Shown in pieces: positions 38,024-50,496 of a DNA stretch of 64,000 bases. This DNA comes from a bacterium (GTDB taxonomy: Bacteria > JADJOY01), in NCBI GenBank assembly GCA_046331705.1, contig JAXLQJ010000017.1, forward strand, positions 1 to 64,000, given 5' to 3'. Position numbers and translations under genes: made by a program. Each line of letters opens with the position of its first letter. Position 1 is the first letter of the stretch. The notes beneath the pieces were generated by a model, which was not told the DNA's origin, searched no databases, and saw only the letters and a program-made list of their open reading frames with translations.

Positions 38024-38761
38024 GTGCCGGCGCTACGGAGTGACCCGGACGAGGTGTGGATGAATCCCTCGGATCGCGCTGGCTCACTACGCGAGGCCGT
38101 CGCCCGCCGCCCTGCGCTGGACGCGATCCGTGCGTTCGTGTCGCGCTGGCACGGCATCGATCTCGACGTCCCGCGCTGGAATGCGCGGGCCGATGTCCCG
38201 GCATCGCTGGCGCTCGCGCTGCCACACGAGCGCCGTCTCTGCCGCCAGAACCACCTGGTACTCCCCGACCCGGACCCGACGGATCCGATTCGTTTCGTGT
38301 TCTACGTGGAGAACCAGGGATCCGCATCGTGGGCGTACCGCGCCAGCGGGGCGGCGGATCCGCCGGTGAGCTGGCTCGACGTCACCACCAACGTCTGGCA
38401 CGACGAGACCATGGCCCTCGACGAGTTCCTGCTGACGGCGCTGATGATGGAAGCCACCATCGGCGGGTCGTACAAGAACGGCGCGTACACGCGGGGCGCT
38501 CCCGCGAGCACGCTGGAAGCCGCGCTTGCGCCGCTCGCGCCAGTCGGCAGGCGCTGGCAATGGCTCTCGACCCAGTGCTACGCGGGTGACGAGGTGATCG
38601 CGTTCACCGTCGCGGACAAGGACGGCGCGCCATGGCTCAAGATGGCGGCCACGCATTCCGCCGCGCTCCACTACCTGAACCCCATCATCCAATCCGATCC
38701 GATGCCCTGGCTCGAGATTCGCGTGGACGGCCAGGAGCGCTACCCCATCGACGGGTTCTGA
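38024..38761 (+). CDS. Hypothetical protein
   Basis: Protein-like composition (CRQNHLV, FVFYVENQGSASWAY, DPPV); alternative start ATG 38060. Confidence 0.65.
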   Translation: MPALRSDPDEVWMNPSDRAGSLREAVARRPALDAIRAFVSRWHGIDLDVPRWNARADVPASLALALPHERRLCRQNHLVLPDPDPTDPIRFVFYVENQGSASWAYRASGAADPPVSWLDVTTNVWHDETMALDEFLLTALMMEATIGGSYKNGAYTRGAPASTLEAALAPLAPVGRRWQWLSTQCYAGDEVIAFTVADKDGAPWLKMAATHSAALHYLNPIIQSDPMPWLEIRVDGQERYPIDGF

Positions 38762-38894
38762 CCGATCGCGTTGCTGCCGGCGCCCCGGTCGTGGCGCATG
38801 CCATCTTGCGGGCACGACGTTGCCGCGGGGCGCTTTATCCTCTACGCATGGCGGCCCAGCGCGGCGCGCGCTCGCACCGCCACCCAGCCAGCCC

Positions 38895-41036
38895 ATGACG
38901 AACCCCGATCGCACCGAAGCGTCTGGCGGCGGCGCCGACCTCGTCGTTCCCAGCGCGAGCGCGACGCCGCCGGCGACGACGGCTCCCGCGCTCACGACCT
39001 ATGCGCTGCGCAACGACTTGCCGGGCACACGCCCTGCTCGCGCGGGGATCGACTTCCGAGCGGCGCTCAACGAGGCCCAGCACCGCGCGGTGATCGCGGG
39101 CGACGGGCCGCTCCTCATCATCGCCGGTGCCGGTACCGGAAAGACGCGCACCCTCATCTACCGCGTCGCGCGGCTCGTGCTTTCCGGCGTCGCGCCCGAA
39201 TCGATCCTGCTCCTCTCGTTCACGCGCAAGGCTGCCGAGGAGATGCTGCGCCGCGCGCTGTCGCTCGGCGCCCACGGTGTCGAGCGCGTTCAGGGCGGCA
39301 CGTTCCACTCGTTCGCCAACCACGTGCTGCGCCAGTTCGGCAGCAAGCTCGGCCTCAGCCCGTCCTTCACGATCCTCGACGAGGGCGACTCGGAAGACCT
39401 GATCGGCCTGTTGCGCAGCGAAGGAGGCCACGCCACCAAGGACAAGCGCTTCCCGCGCAAGCAGACGATCCGCCGCATGTTCTCGCGATCCATCAACTGC
39501 GTCACCCCGCTGACCCAGGTGCTGGAGCGGGACCATCCCCACTTCGCCCAGTTCGCGCGACCGCTCGTCCAGCTCTTCGAGCAATACGAGCGCTACAAGC
39601 TTGCCCACCACATGGCGGACTACGACGACCTGCTGCTGCTCTTGAAGGCGCTCTTGAGCCGCGAGCCCGAGGTCCGCAAGACGCTCTCCGAGCGCTACCG
39701 CCACATCCTGGTGGACGAGTACCAGGACACCAATCGCATCCAGGCGGACATCGTGCGGCTGCTCGCCGACACCCACCAGAACGTCACGGTGGTGGGCGAC
39801 GACGCGCAGAGCATCTACTCGTTCCGCGGCGCCGAGGTGCGCAACATCCTGGAGTTCGCCGAGCGCTTTCCGGGCGCCACCACCGTCACCCTCGAAGAGA
39901 ACTACCGCTCGGTGCAGCCGATCCTCGACTTCACCAACGCCCTCATCGCCGCCTCGCCGATCGCGCTCACCAAGCGGCTCAAGAGCCATCGCCGCGGCGG
40001 CGTGGGTGCCCAGCTGGTCCGCGCCATGGACGAGTACGAGCAGAGCCGCTTCGTGGTGCAGCGCGTGCTCGAGCTACGCGAGGAAGGGATTCCGCTCGAC
40101 AAGATCGCGGTGCTCTTCCGCTCGAGCTACCAAGCGTTCGATCTGGAGCTGGCGCTCGGCGAGGCCGGCATCCCGTTCGTGAAGCGCGGCGGATTCAAGC
40201 TCATGGAGACCGCCCACGTCCGTGACGTGGTCGCGCACCTGCGCGTGATTCGCAATCCCACCGATCGCGTGGCGTGGCTGCGGCTGCTGCTGCTGGTCGA
40301 AGGGATCGGACCGGCGCGCGCCAAGACCGTGATCGAGCGGGTGGCGGCCACCGGTGACGCCGTCGCCGCGATCGCCGAGGCCGCGCAAGGACGCTACGGC
40401 CGCGCGGCGGCGGGCCTGGAAGCGCTCGCCGAGCTGATGCTGACGCTCGGCCGCGGCACGCTCACGCCCTCGGAAGCGATCGCCAAGGTGGTCGAGTACT
40501 ACGTGCCGCTGCTACAGGCGCGCCACGACGATCACCCGAAGCGGCTGCGCGATCTGGAGCACCTGGTGGCGATCGCCGAGCGCTTTCGCTCGGTCGACGA
40601 CTTCCTCGCCGATCTCGCCCTCGAACCGCCGAGCCAGAGCGTCGCCGGCGCCACCCCCCGCGACGCCGACGACGAGCTCCTGGTGCTCTCGACCATCCAC
40701 TCGGCGAAGGGGCTCGAGTGGCACACGGTCTTCGTGATCTGGGCGCTCGACGGCCGCTTCCCGAGCTTCCTCTCGCTCAACGACCCGGCCCAGCTCGAAG
40801 AGGAGCGGCGGCTGCTCTACGTCGCCGCCACCCGGGCCCGCGACCTGCTCTACATCACCTATCCGATGAACGTGCCCGACCGCGCGTCGGGTCGCATCCT
40901 CACCGAGCCCAGCCGGTTCCTCGGCGACGTGCCCGCCCAGCTCTTCACCCACGTGGCGCTCGTCGAGAGCCCTGCGCCGCCGCGCGCGGCGCTTCCCCGC
41001 ACCGTCCCCGAGCCGGACGACTCCGCCCCGTTCTGA
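38895..41036 (+). CDS. UvrD/REP/PcrA family SF1 DNA helicase
   Basis: AGAGTGKT, FTRKAA, GTFHSF, VDEYQDTN, GDDAQSIYSFRGA, LEENYRS, STIHSAKGLEW, EERRLLYVAATRA. Confidence 0.96.
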   Translation: MTNPDRTEASGGGADLVVPSASATPPATTAPALTTYALRNDLPGTRPARAGIDFRAALNEAQHRAVIAGDGPLLIIAGAGTGKTRTLIYRVARLVLSGVAPESILLLSFTRKAAEEMLRRALSLGAHGVERVQGGTFHSFANHVLRQFGSKLGLSPSFTILDEGDSEDLIGLLRSEGGHATKDKRFPRKQTIRRMFSRSINCVTPLTQVLERDHPHFAQFARPLVQLFEQYERYKLAHHMADYDDLLLLLKALLSREPEVRKTLSERYRHILVDEYQDTNRIQADIVRLLADTHQNVTVVGDDAQSIYSFRGAEVRNILEFAERFPGATTVTLEENYRSVQPILDFTNALIAASPIALTKRLKSHRRGGVGAQLVRAMDEYEQSRFVVQRVLELREEGIPLDKIAVLFRSSYQAFDLELALGEAGIPFVKRGGFKLMETAHVRDVVAHLRVIRNPTDRVAWLRLLLLVEGIGPARAKTVIERVAATGDAVAAIAEAAQGRYGRAAAGLEALAELMLTLGRGTLTPSEAIAKVVEYYVPLLQARHDDHPKRLRDLEHLVAIAERFRSVDDFLADLALEPPSQSVAGATPRDADDELLVLSTIHSAKGLEWHTVFVIWALDGRFPSFLSLNDPAQLEEERRLLYVAATRARDLLYITYPMNVPDRASGRILTEPSRFLGDVPAQLFTHVALVESPAPPRAALPRTVPEPDDSAPF

Positions 41037-41163
41037 GCGCCCCGCGGTCCGGGCGTGCAACGAAGCTGCACGACTCGTCCCGCATCCCGGCGCATCCCCG
41101 CGGTCTCCTCCCGCCTCGCGCGCCGTCCGACGACGGCGCAGCCGAATGGGAGGAAGACACGCC

Positions 41164-42741
41164 GTGGACACGCACCTCACCGACATCGAACGACGCTGGC
41201 TCGAACCGTTCCTGCGCCGGCGCCGTGGCAAGCCCATCGCCGCGGCGATGTGGCGCGCCCCGGCGCTCGACGACGCGCGCGCGACGCCGCCGCCCACGCG
41301 CCGCAGCGCGCTGCTCATCAACCCGTTCTATCCGAAGGATCCGGCGTCGAGCTTCGCCAAGCACGTGCTCACGCCGAGCCTGGCGCTCACCAGCGTCGCG
41401 GCCGCGACGCCCGCAGGCTGGAGCGTGCGCTACTGGGACGAGAACCTGCTTCAGGGTCCTCCGCCCAGCGATCCCTTCCCCGAGGTCGTCGGCATCACGG
41501 TGCACCTCACGTTCGCGCGCCGGGCCTACGCGCTCGCGGATTGGTACCGCGCCCGCGGCGCCCGCGTGGTGCTGGGCGGACTGCACGTGACCTCCTGCCC
41601 CGACGAGGCGCGCCCGCACGCCGACGCGCTCGCGCTGGGGGAAGGCACGGCGATCTGGCCGCGCGTGCTCCGCGACGCGGAGAGCGGCGCGCTCGCTTGC
41701 GTCTACCGCGCGGGCCATCGCGCGCCGTTTCGCGACGAGCCGCCGCCGCGGCGAACCCTGGTTCCGCGCGACTCGTTCCTGACGCCGACCAGCGTGATCG
41801 CGACCCGCGGGTGCCACAACCGCTGTGGCTTCTGCTACCTGGCCACCGACGGCCTCGACCTGCCGTATCAGACCCGCGATCCGGAGCAGGTCGCCGCGGA
41901 GATCGCCGCCGACGGCGGCCCGTACGCGGTCTTCCTCGACAACAACCTCGCGTCGAAGCCGGGCTACCTGCGTAGCCTCTGCCGCGCGCTCCGCCCGCTC
42001 GACAAGATCTGGAGCGCGGCGGTGTCGATCGACGTCACCGACGAGCCCGCGCTGGTGCGCGAGATGGCGCTCTCGGGCTGCACGGGAGTGTTCGTCGGCT
42101 TCGAGTCGCTCACGGACCAGAACCTCGTCGATGCCCGCAAGCGAACACCACGCGCCGACGATTACGCGCGCCGCGTCCGAATCCTCCACGACCACGGCAT
42201 CGCCGTCACGGCGAGCTTCGTGCTCGGATTCGACCACGATCGGCCCGACGTCTTCGACCGCACCGTGGCGTGGCTCGAAGAGAACCGCCTCGCGTGCGCG
42301 ACATTCCACATTCTCACGCCGTACCCGGGCACGCCGCTCTTCCACCGCCTGGAGGCCGAGGGACGCATCCTGCACCGCGATTGGGATCTCTACGACACGG
42401 CCCACGTGGTCTTTCAGCCGCGCCACCTGAGCCCGGAACAGCTCTTCGATGGCTACGCGAGCTGCTACGAGCGGGTCTTCGCCGCGGGCTCGATCTGGCG
42501 TAGACGCCCGGAGGCGCTGGACGAGGCGCTGCCCTATCTGGCGGGGAGCTTTCTCTACAAGCACGCCAACGGTGCCTGGCACCGTCTGATTCGTCATCGC
42601 CTCACCGGCGTCGCATGGCGGCCGCTGGTCGAGGCGAGCCGGCTCAGGCATCTGCGTTACCGCCGCCAGCTCGAGGCGCGGGTCGCAGGCGAGCGCGCGG
42701 ATTGGCCGAGCGCGGGCACGCTCGTCCCATCCAGCGTGTGA
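41164..42741 (+). CDS. B12-binding radical SAM protein
   Basis: GGAGGA RBS before GTG 41164; ATRGCHNRCGFC, FLDNN, FVGFES, SFVLGFDHD, ILTPYPGTP. Confidence 0.9.
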   Translation: MDTHLTDIERRWLEPFLRRRRGKPIAAAMWRAPALDDARATPPPTRRSALLINPFYPKDPASSFAKHVLTPSLALTSVAAATPAGWSVRYWDENLLQGPPPSDPFPEVVGITVHLTFARRAYALADWYRARGARVVLGGLHVTSCPDEARPHADALALGEGTAIWPRVLRDAESGALACVYRAGHRAPFRDEPPPRRTLVPRDSFLTPTSVIATRGCHNRCGFCYLATDGLDLPYQTRDPEQVAAEIAADGGPYAVFLDNNLASKPGYLRSLCRALRPLDKIWSAAVSIDVTDEPALVREMALSGCTGVFVGFESLTDQNLVDARKRTPRADDYARRVRILHDHGIAVTASFVLGFDHDRPDVFDRTVAWLEENRLACATFHILTPYPGTPLFHRLEAEGRILHRDWDLYDTAHVVFQPRHLSPEQLFDGYASCYERVFAAGSIWRRRPEALDEALPYLAGSFLYKHANGAWHRLIRHRLTGVAWRPLVEASRLRHLRYRRQLEARVAGERADWPSAGTLVPSSV

Positions 42742-42762
42742 CCGCGGCCGCCGCGATGCTCC

Positions 42763-42800
42763 TGCACGGGATCTGCACCGTCGTTCCACGGCGGCACCAC
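42763..42800 (+). promoter_or_regulatory. Four 11-bp-spaced nnCAC direct repeats, candidate OmpR-family binding array
   Basis: TGCAC, TGCAC, TCCAC, ACCAC with CAC starting at 42765, 42776, 42787, 42798, upstream of the response regulator. Confidence 0.55.
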
Positions 42801-42952
42801 GCCGCCGTGCTTCGATCGCGCCCGCTCGCACCACGGAGGAGACCGCCGACATGCACGACGCGCCTCAGGCTCGCGATCGCTCCAGCGCTTTACGTCCCCA
42901 CCTCGGCACGCGGAAACTGGCGTGGAGCGACCGATTCGCCGGCGAGGACGTG

Positions 42953-43666
42953 ATGGCGCGCATCCTGGTGGTCGACGACGACGGCCACACCCGCGAGGTG
43001 ATCCGCTTCGCGCTCGAGAAGGCGGGGCACCGCTGTGTCGAGGCCGCCGACGGCGCCGAAGCCATCGACACCTTCGTCCTCGAGCCGATCGATCTCGTGG
43101 TGCTCGACATCGTCATGCCCGAGGAAGACGGCCTCGAGGTGTGCCGCCGGATCCGCGCCAAGAGCGCCGGCGCGCGCGGACGAGTGCCGGTGCTCTTCCT
43201 GTCGAGCCGTGCCGACGAGGTCGATCGAATCGTGGGCCTCGAGATGGGCGGCGACGACTACCTCACCAAGCCCTTCAGCCCGCGCGAGCTGGTGGCGCGG
43301 GTGAAGGCGCTGCTGCGCCGCGCCTACCCGGAGGATCCCGTCGGTGCGTGCGCGGCCCCGGACTCGGCGCCGCGGCGCGCGCTGCGCCACGGCGATCTCG
43401 TGCTCGACCCCGAGCGCCATCGTTGCACGTGGCAAGGCAAGGACGTGCGGCTGACCGCGACCGAGTTCAGCTTGGTCGAGGTGCTGCTCACCGCGCCCGG
43501 CCGTCTCTACTCGCGCGACGAGCTGATCGAGCGCGTCTACGGCGACTCCGGCACCGCCGAGCGCACCTTGGACAGCCACGTCCGCCACATCCGCGCCAAG
43601 TTCCGCGAGGTCGGCGGCGATCCCATCGAAACGGTGCACGGCCTGGGCTACCGCATCGCCTCCTGA
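42953..43666 (+). CDS. OmpR-family response regulator (CreB/ChvI-like)
   Basis: RILVVDDD, LDIVMP, GGDDYLTKPFSPREL, LTATEF, RTLDSHVRHIRAKF, IETVHGLGY. Confidence 0.95.
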   Translation: MARILVVDDDGHTREVIRFALEKAGHRCVEAADGAEAIDTFVLEPIDLVVLDIVMPEEDGLEVCRRIRAKSAGARGRVPVLFLSSRADEVDRIVGLEMGGDDYLTKPFSPRELVARVKALLRRAYPEDPVGACAAPDSAPRRALRHGDLVLDPERHRCTWQGKDVRLTATEFSLVEVLLTAPGRLYSRDELIERVYGDSGTAERTLDSHVRHIRAKFREVGGDPIETVHGLGYRIAS

Positions 43667-45370
43667 ATGAGCGCCAGCGAGGATCCGGTGCGTTCCCGCC
43701 GCGCGCAGCGCCGCGGGTTGCCGCGGAAATGGCCGCGGCTTCGTCCCAACATCCTGCTGCTGCTCCTGGGCGTCGCGGTGACGGTGCTGCTCGCGCCGGC
43801 GCTGGTGATCGCTCAGCTGCGGCTCTACTCGGACGCGCTCGTCCACGAGACCGAGCGCAGCTTGATCGCCGAATCGGTGCAGATCGGGGAATCGTGGCGC
43901 CAGAGCTGGGCGGAGGCGCTGGGGCAGCACCTTCCCGACGAGCCGCTCATCGATCCCGAGGCCGTCGGGCCGATCGAGGAGGGCGGCGAGACGTTGCGCT
44001 CGATCCCCTACGTCAGCGGCCATCTGCCCACGCTGCTCTTCGCTCCCGTCCAGCCCGAGATCGATCTGCGCAAGGGCATCGCGCCGCGCATGCCGCCGCC
44101 CACCGGCTTCGCCGCCGACCGCAGCGGCCTCGAATGGCGGATCGGAGAGCGCTTCAGCCAGATCCTGCGCCGCGCCAAGCGCATGAACCTGAGCGGCGCG
44201 CGCATCCTCGACCGCAACGGCTGCGTGGTCGCGACCAGCGGCACGGAGCTCGGTGCCTGTTTCGATCAGCTCCCCGAGGTCCAGGCGGCGCTGCGCGGGG
44301 AATACGAGGCCGTGGCGCGGCGCCGCGACAGCGACCGCCCCGTGCCACCGCTCGGCAGCTTGCGGCGGCGTGGCAACGTGCGCGTGCACACCGCCATGCC
44401 GATCCGCTTCCACGACGAGGTCGTCGGCGTGGTGTCGATGTCGCGCACCAGCCTCGACCCGCTCGAGGCGCTGTGGCACGAGCGGCACTGGATCATGGCG
44501 GTGGGCGCGGTGACGCTCGCGGTGACGCTCGCCATGAGCTTCCTGAGCGCCCGTGCCATCGCGCGGCCGGTGCGCAAGCTCACCGCCGCCGCGCGCGAGG
44601 TCGCCCGCGGCGGCGCGCGCGGCATGCCGGTCTTCGGCAGGCTCGCTCCCGCCGAGATCGACGAGCTGAGCATCGCCATGGACCGGATGACCGAGGAGCT
44701 GGGCGCGCGCGCCGACTACGTCCGCGACTTCGCCGCCGACGTCACCCACGAGCTCAAGGCGCCGCTCACCAGCATCGGCGGGGCCGCCGAGCTGCTGCGC
44801 GACGGCTGGGCCGAGATGAGCGACGAGCAGCGCGCGCGCTTTCTCGACAACATCGCGGCCGCCACCGCGCGCTCCGAGCGGCTCGTGAGCCGGTTGCTCG
44901 AGCTGGCGCGGATCGAGAACCGGCGCTCCGCCGACGTTCCCGCGCCGCTCGAGCTGCGGCCGGTCGTGGAGCAGATCCTCGAGCCCTACGGCACGCGTGT
45001 GCGGCTCGACGTGCGCGATGCACCGGCGACGCTCGCGATCCAGCCGGAGCTACTCGCCTCCGCGCTCACGAACGTGATCGACAACGCCATCCGCTACGAC
45101 GGCGGCAAGCCCGTCGAGGTGCGCGTGTCGGGCCATGGCTCCGCGCCGAACGGCGCCAGCCCGCAGGTGCGAATCACGGTCCGCGATCACGGGCCCGGGA
45201 TCAGCGACCGCAATCAGGCGCGCATCTTCGAGCGGTTCTTCACCACCGAGCGCGACGGCGGCGGCACCGGGCTCGGGTTGGCGATCGTGAAGGCGATCGC
45301 CGACGCCCGCGGCGGCGCGGTGTCGTTCGAGACCGGCCCGCAAGGGACCACGTTCACCGTGGTGCTGTGA
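43667..45370 (+). CDS. Membrane sensor histidine kinase (CreC/ChvG-like; HAMP-HisKA-HATPase)
   Basis: Two TM helices, THELKAPLTSIGGAAELL, NVIDNA, DHGPG, FERFFTT, GTGLGL. Confidence 0.94.
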   Translation: MSASEDPVRSRRAQRRGLPRKWPRLRPNILLLLLGVAVTVLLAPALVIAQLRLYSDALVHETERSLIAESVQIGESWRQSWAEALGQHLPDEPLIDPEAVGPIEEGGETLRSIPYVSGHLPTLLFAPVQPEIDLRKGIAPRMPPPTGFAADRSGLEWRIGERFSQILRRAKRMNLSGARILDRNGCVVATSGTELGACFDQLPEVQAALRGEYEAVARRRDSDRPVPPLGSLRRRGNVRVHTAMPIRFHDEVVGVVSMSRTSLDPLEALWHERHWIMAVGAVTLAVTLAMSFLSARAIARPVRKLTAAAREVARGGARGMPVFGRLAPAEIDELSIAMDRMTEELGARADYVRDFAADVTHELKAPLTSIGGAAELLRDGWAEMSDEQRARFLDNIAAATARSERLVSRLLELARIENRRSADVPAPLELRPVVEQILEPYGTRVRLDVRDAPATLAIQPELLASALTNVIDNAIRYDGGKPVEVRVSGHGSAPNGASPQVRITVRDHGPGISDRNQARIFERFFTTERDGGGTGLGLAIVKAIADARGGAVSFETGPQGTTFTVVL

Positions 45371-45454
45371 CGGGCGCCCGGCGCCGCGAGCGGGACGGTG
45401 GCCCCGCCGCCCGGCGGATCGGCCACGGGGCACGTCCGCTCGAGGCTCGCCGAG

Positions 45455-46576
45455 TCATCTCGCGAAGAGCGACAGGTACCGCCCGTAGCCCTGCTTCTCG
45501 AGCTCGTCCTTGGGGATGAATCGCAGCGACGCGCTGTTCATGCAATAGCGCATCCCGGTCGGCGCCGGACCGTCGTTGAAGACGTGGCCGAGGTGACTGT
45601 CGCCGTGCTTGCTGCGGACCTCGACGCGGCTCATGAACAGGCTCGAATCGGTGCGCGTCACGATGTTCTCGGGCGCGAGCGGCTTCACGAAGCTCGGCCA
45701 GCCGGTGCCGCTGTCGAACTTGTCCTTGGAGCTGAACAGCGGCTCGCCGCTCACCACGTCGACGTAGATCCCCTCCTCGTGGTTGTCCCAGTACTCGTTC
45801 TGAAACGGCCGCTCCGTGCCTTCCTGCTGGGTGACCTTGTACTGCAGCGGGGTGAGCTTCTTCGCCAGCTCGGCGTCGCTCGGCTTGCGGAACTCGGCCG
45901 CGTCGTCGGTCGATTTCTTCGGGATCATGAGCTCTGCATCCTTTCCCCACGTCTTCGCGATGAACGCATCGCGTCCGGATCCGTCGCGGTAGGCGTGATA
46001 GCGAACGGGGTTCTTCAGGTAGAAGTCCTGGTGGTACTCCTCGGCAGGCCAGAAGCGCTGGTAGTCCACGATCTCGGTCACGATCGGTTTCGCGAACCGC
46101 CCGCTCTTCGCGAGCGCGGCCTTCGATTCCTCGGCGAGCCGTCGCTGCTCGGCGTCGTGGACGAAGATCGCCGTGCGGTACTGCGAGCCGCGATCCACGA
46201 ACTGTCCACCCGGATCGGTCGGATCGATCTGGCGCCAGTACACCTCGAGCAGCTGCGCGTAGCCGATCTGGTCGGCGCGAAAGTGAACCTGCACCGACTC
46301 GGCATGACCGGTCGCACCGGAGCCCACCTGCTCGTACGTCGGATTGGCCTCGGCGCCGCCCGCGTAGCCCGAGATCACCGCCGTCACGCCCGCGAGCTTC
46401 TCGAACGGCGTCTCCATGCACCAGAAACAGCCGCCCGCGAACGTCGCCAGCGACTCCCCCGGCTTCGCGGGATAGCGATCGGGGTCGTTGCCCGTACGAT
46501 CACCGCCCGCGGCGCTCGTGCACGAAACCAGCACCGTCAGCAGCGCCGGCGGCCCCCACTTCCGCAACCCGAACAT
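45455..46576 (-). CDS. msrAB: Bifunctional peptide-methionine sulfoxide reductase MsrA-MsrB with lipoprotein-type signal
   Basis: [59 protein letters not shown] lipobox. Confidence 0.96.
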   Translation of the reverse strand: MFGLRKWGPPALLTVLVSCTSAAGGDRTGNDPDRYPAKPGESLATFAGGCFWCMETPFEKLAGVTAVISGYAGGAEANPTYEQVGSGATGHAESVQVHFRADQIGYAQLLEVYWRQIDPTDPGGQFVDRGSQYRTAIFVHDAEQRRLAEESKAALAKSGRFAKPIVTEIVDYQRFWPAEEYHQDFYLKNPVRYHAYRDGSGRDAFIAKTWGKDAELMIPKKSTDDAAEFRKPSDAELAKKLTPLQYKVTQQEGTERPFQNEYWDNHEEGIYVDVVSGEPLFSSKDKFDSGTGWPSFVKPLAPENIVTRTDSSLFMSRVEVRSKHGDSHLGHVFNDGPAPTGMRYCMNSASLRFIPKDELEKQGYGRYLSLFAR

Positions 46577-46747
46577 GTGCTCTCCCGATGGCAGCCGGTG
46601 TTCGCCCCGCCCGTTCTACGGGCGGGGCATCCGAGCGGATGCGCCACGCGACGCCTCCACCCGGCCCCGAGACAAGGTACCCGACGGCCACGGGGTCTCG
46701 GTGTCGCGAGCGCGGCGAACGTTACAGCGCGCCCGGAACGCCGGAGA

Positions 46748-47791
46748 TCAAGCGACGGCGCGCCACGCGCGCTCGGCGGCGCGAACGGCCTGACCGCGCA
46801 CCCCCAGCATCCACGGCTTCGAGAGCGCGCTGCGCTCGGCGGCGGCGCCGCTCGCCCACAGGTTCTCGATCAACCAGCGATTCAAGAAGCGCAGCCGCTG
46901 CGGCAGCACGATCAAGCCTCGGACGCGCGGATGGCTCGCGATCTCGTCGAGCATGCGGGTCTGCTCGCGCAACGACCGTCGCAACGAATCCTGAAGGTCG
47001 ATGCCCAGCACGTCGGCATCCTTGCGGTGGTACTCGATCGAGAGCTGCATGAAGCCCATGAGCCAGAGCTGATACGCCTGGAGCTCGAGCGCCTCGCGGC
47101 GGGTGATGCGCGACAGCACCTCCGGCAGGTAGAGCTTGCCGAGCCCGACGTGGCGGGCTTCGTCGCGCCCGAAGTAGGGCATGAGATCGGCGAGCACCGG
47201 CTCCGCGCGCACCTCGGCCATCGCCTTGAAGAGGTGCACCGCGACGTGCTCGACGAAGAGCTGCATGCCGACGAGCTTCATCAGCACGGACTCGGTGCTG
47301 ATGAGCTGGACCAGCATGCTCTTCACGAACGCGTTGGGCTCGGGAAGCTGGATGTCGAGCAGTCGCAGGTAGTCGCGCATCACGTAGTAGTGACGCGCCT
47401 CGTCGAAGGTCTGGATGGTCGCGGCCATCTTCGCTTCGCTGGAATCGCGGATGCGCTCGGCCAGGAAGCTCGCGACCTCCCAAGCCGCCAGCTCGCCCCA
47501 CAAGATGATCGTGAAGACGTTGGCGATCGCCTCCTTCTTCTCGTCGCTGACGCGCACGCCGCCGTGCTTCTTGACCAGCTGCGCCAAGAGCTTCTGGCCG
47601 TCCCACGCGAGGGATTGGCCCTTGTGGTAGAGGTTCTCGAGCTTCTCGAGACGGCGGGTGCGGGCCTCGAGGTTCTCGACGGTGAGCGCTTCGAGGGGGC
47701 GCGAGTCGAGGAGGTGATCGGGAGGGAACTGGGCACGGAGGGGAATACCGAACGGCATCACACGACGCGAGACGTTGCTCACGAGCCCCAT
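46748..47791 (-). CDS. Ferritin-like diiron protein (AurF/desaturase-like)
   Basis: GAGGAGG RBS; WGELAA...DEARH and VEHVA...DEARH carboxylate/His pairs. Confidence 0.8.
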   Translation of the reverse strand: MGLVSNVSRRVMPFGIPLRAQFPPDHLLDSRPLEALTVENLEARTRRLEKLENLYHKGQSLAWDGQKLLAQLVKKHGGVRVSDEKKEAIANVFTIILWGELAAWEVASFLAERIRDSSEAKMAATIQTFDEARHYYVMRDYLRLLDIQLPEPNAFVKSMLVQLISTESVLMKLVGMQLFVEHVAVHLFKAMAEVRAEPVLADLMPYFGRDEARHVGLGKLYLPEVLSRITRREALELQAYQLWLMGFMQLSIEYHRKDADVLGIDLQDSLRRSLREQTRMLDEIASHPRVRGLIVLPQRLRFLNRWLIENLWASGAAAERSALSKPWMLGVRGQAVRAAERAWRAVA

Positions 47792-47905
47792 TCCGTTCCT
47801 CCTCGATGGCGGCCGCCACCAACGCCGGCCGATTTCATCTTGGCAACCGACCGGTTGCGAGGTCAACGAAAACGTCGCCCGCTTCCCGCGGCGCGCCGCA
47901 CCGGC

Positions 47906-48277
47906 TCACACGGGTCCGCGCGGGACGGCTCGCCCCCCGAGCGGCGCCACCAGCGCCGCCAGCGCAGCCAGCGGCACCCACCCGGGATCCGGCACCATCA
48001 CGTAGAGCCCGGCCAGCGCCGCCGCGGTCCACAGTCGCTGACCCCGCCACCCGAGGCGGCGCAGCATCACGAACGCCGCGAGCGCGCCCACGGGAAAACC
48101 GATGCGAATCGCGATCCCCCCGCGCAGCAGCACGTTGAGCGCGTCGATGAGCAACGCGTGGCGCACCAGCCGCATGCGCTCCCGCATGGCCTGATCGGGA
48201 CGCGGTCCCTCGGGCGGGAGCACCTCCGGCTCGAGCACCGGTAGATCGTCGTCGTCGCGAGCCGAGGACGGATCCAT
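47906..48277 (-). CDS. Small hypothetical membrane protein
   Basis: Acidic N-terminus followed by hydrophobic helices; fills the gap between genes. Confidence 0.6.
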   Translation of the reverse strand: MDPSSARDDDDLPVLEPEVLPPEGPRPDQAMRERMRLVRHALLIDALNVLLRGGIAIRIGFPVGALAAFVMLRRLGWRGQRLWTAAALAGLYVMVPDPGWVPLAALAALVAPLGGRAVPRGPV

Positions 48278-48425
48278 GCGGCTAGCGTACGTGAATCGCC
48301 CTGGATTGGAACGCGCTCGGCGCGGTTCGGTGCGGCTCGGACGGTGGCACGCGCGACTCGCGGCTGCGCCGCCGTCGCGCTCGGGCTAGAGTCTCACGCC
48401 ACTCGCACGCGGCGGACCTCCCATC

Positions 48426-50456
<2,031 letters not shown>

Positions 50457-50496
50457 GCGATCGACCCCACCCGCACCTGGCACACCCGGCGCACCG

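Noticed and set aside
45398-48244. 948-aa plus-strand ORF
   Set aside because: Shadow of msrAB and the diiron gene
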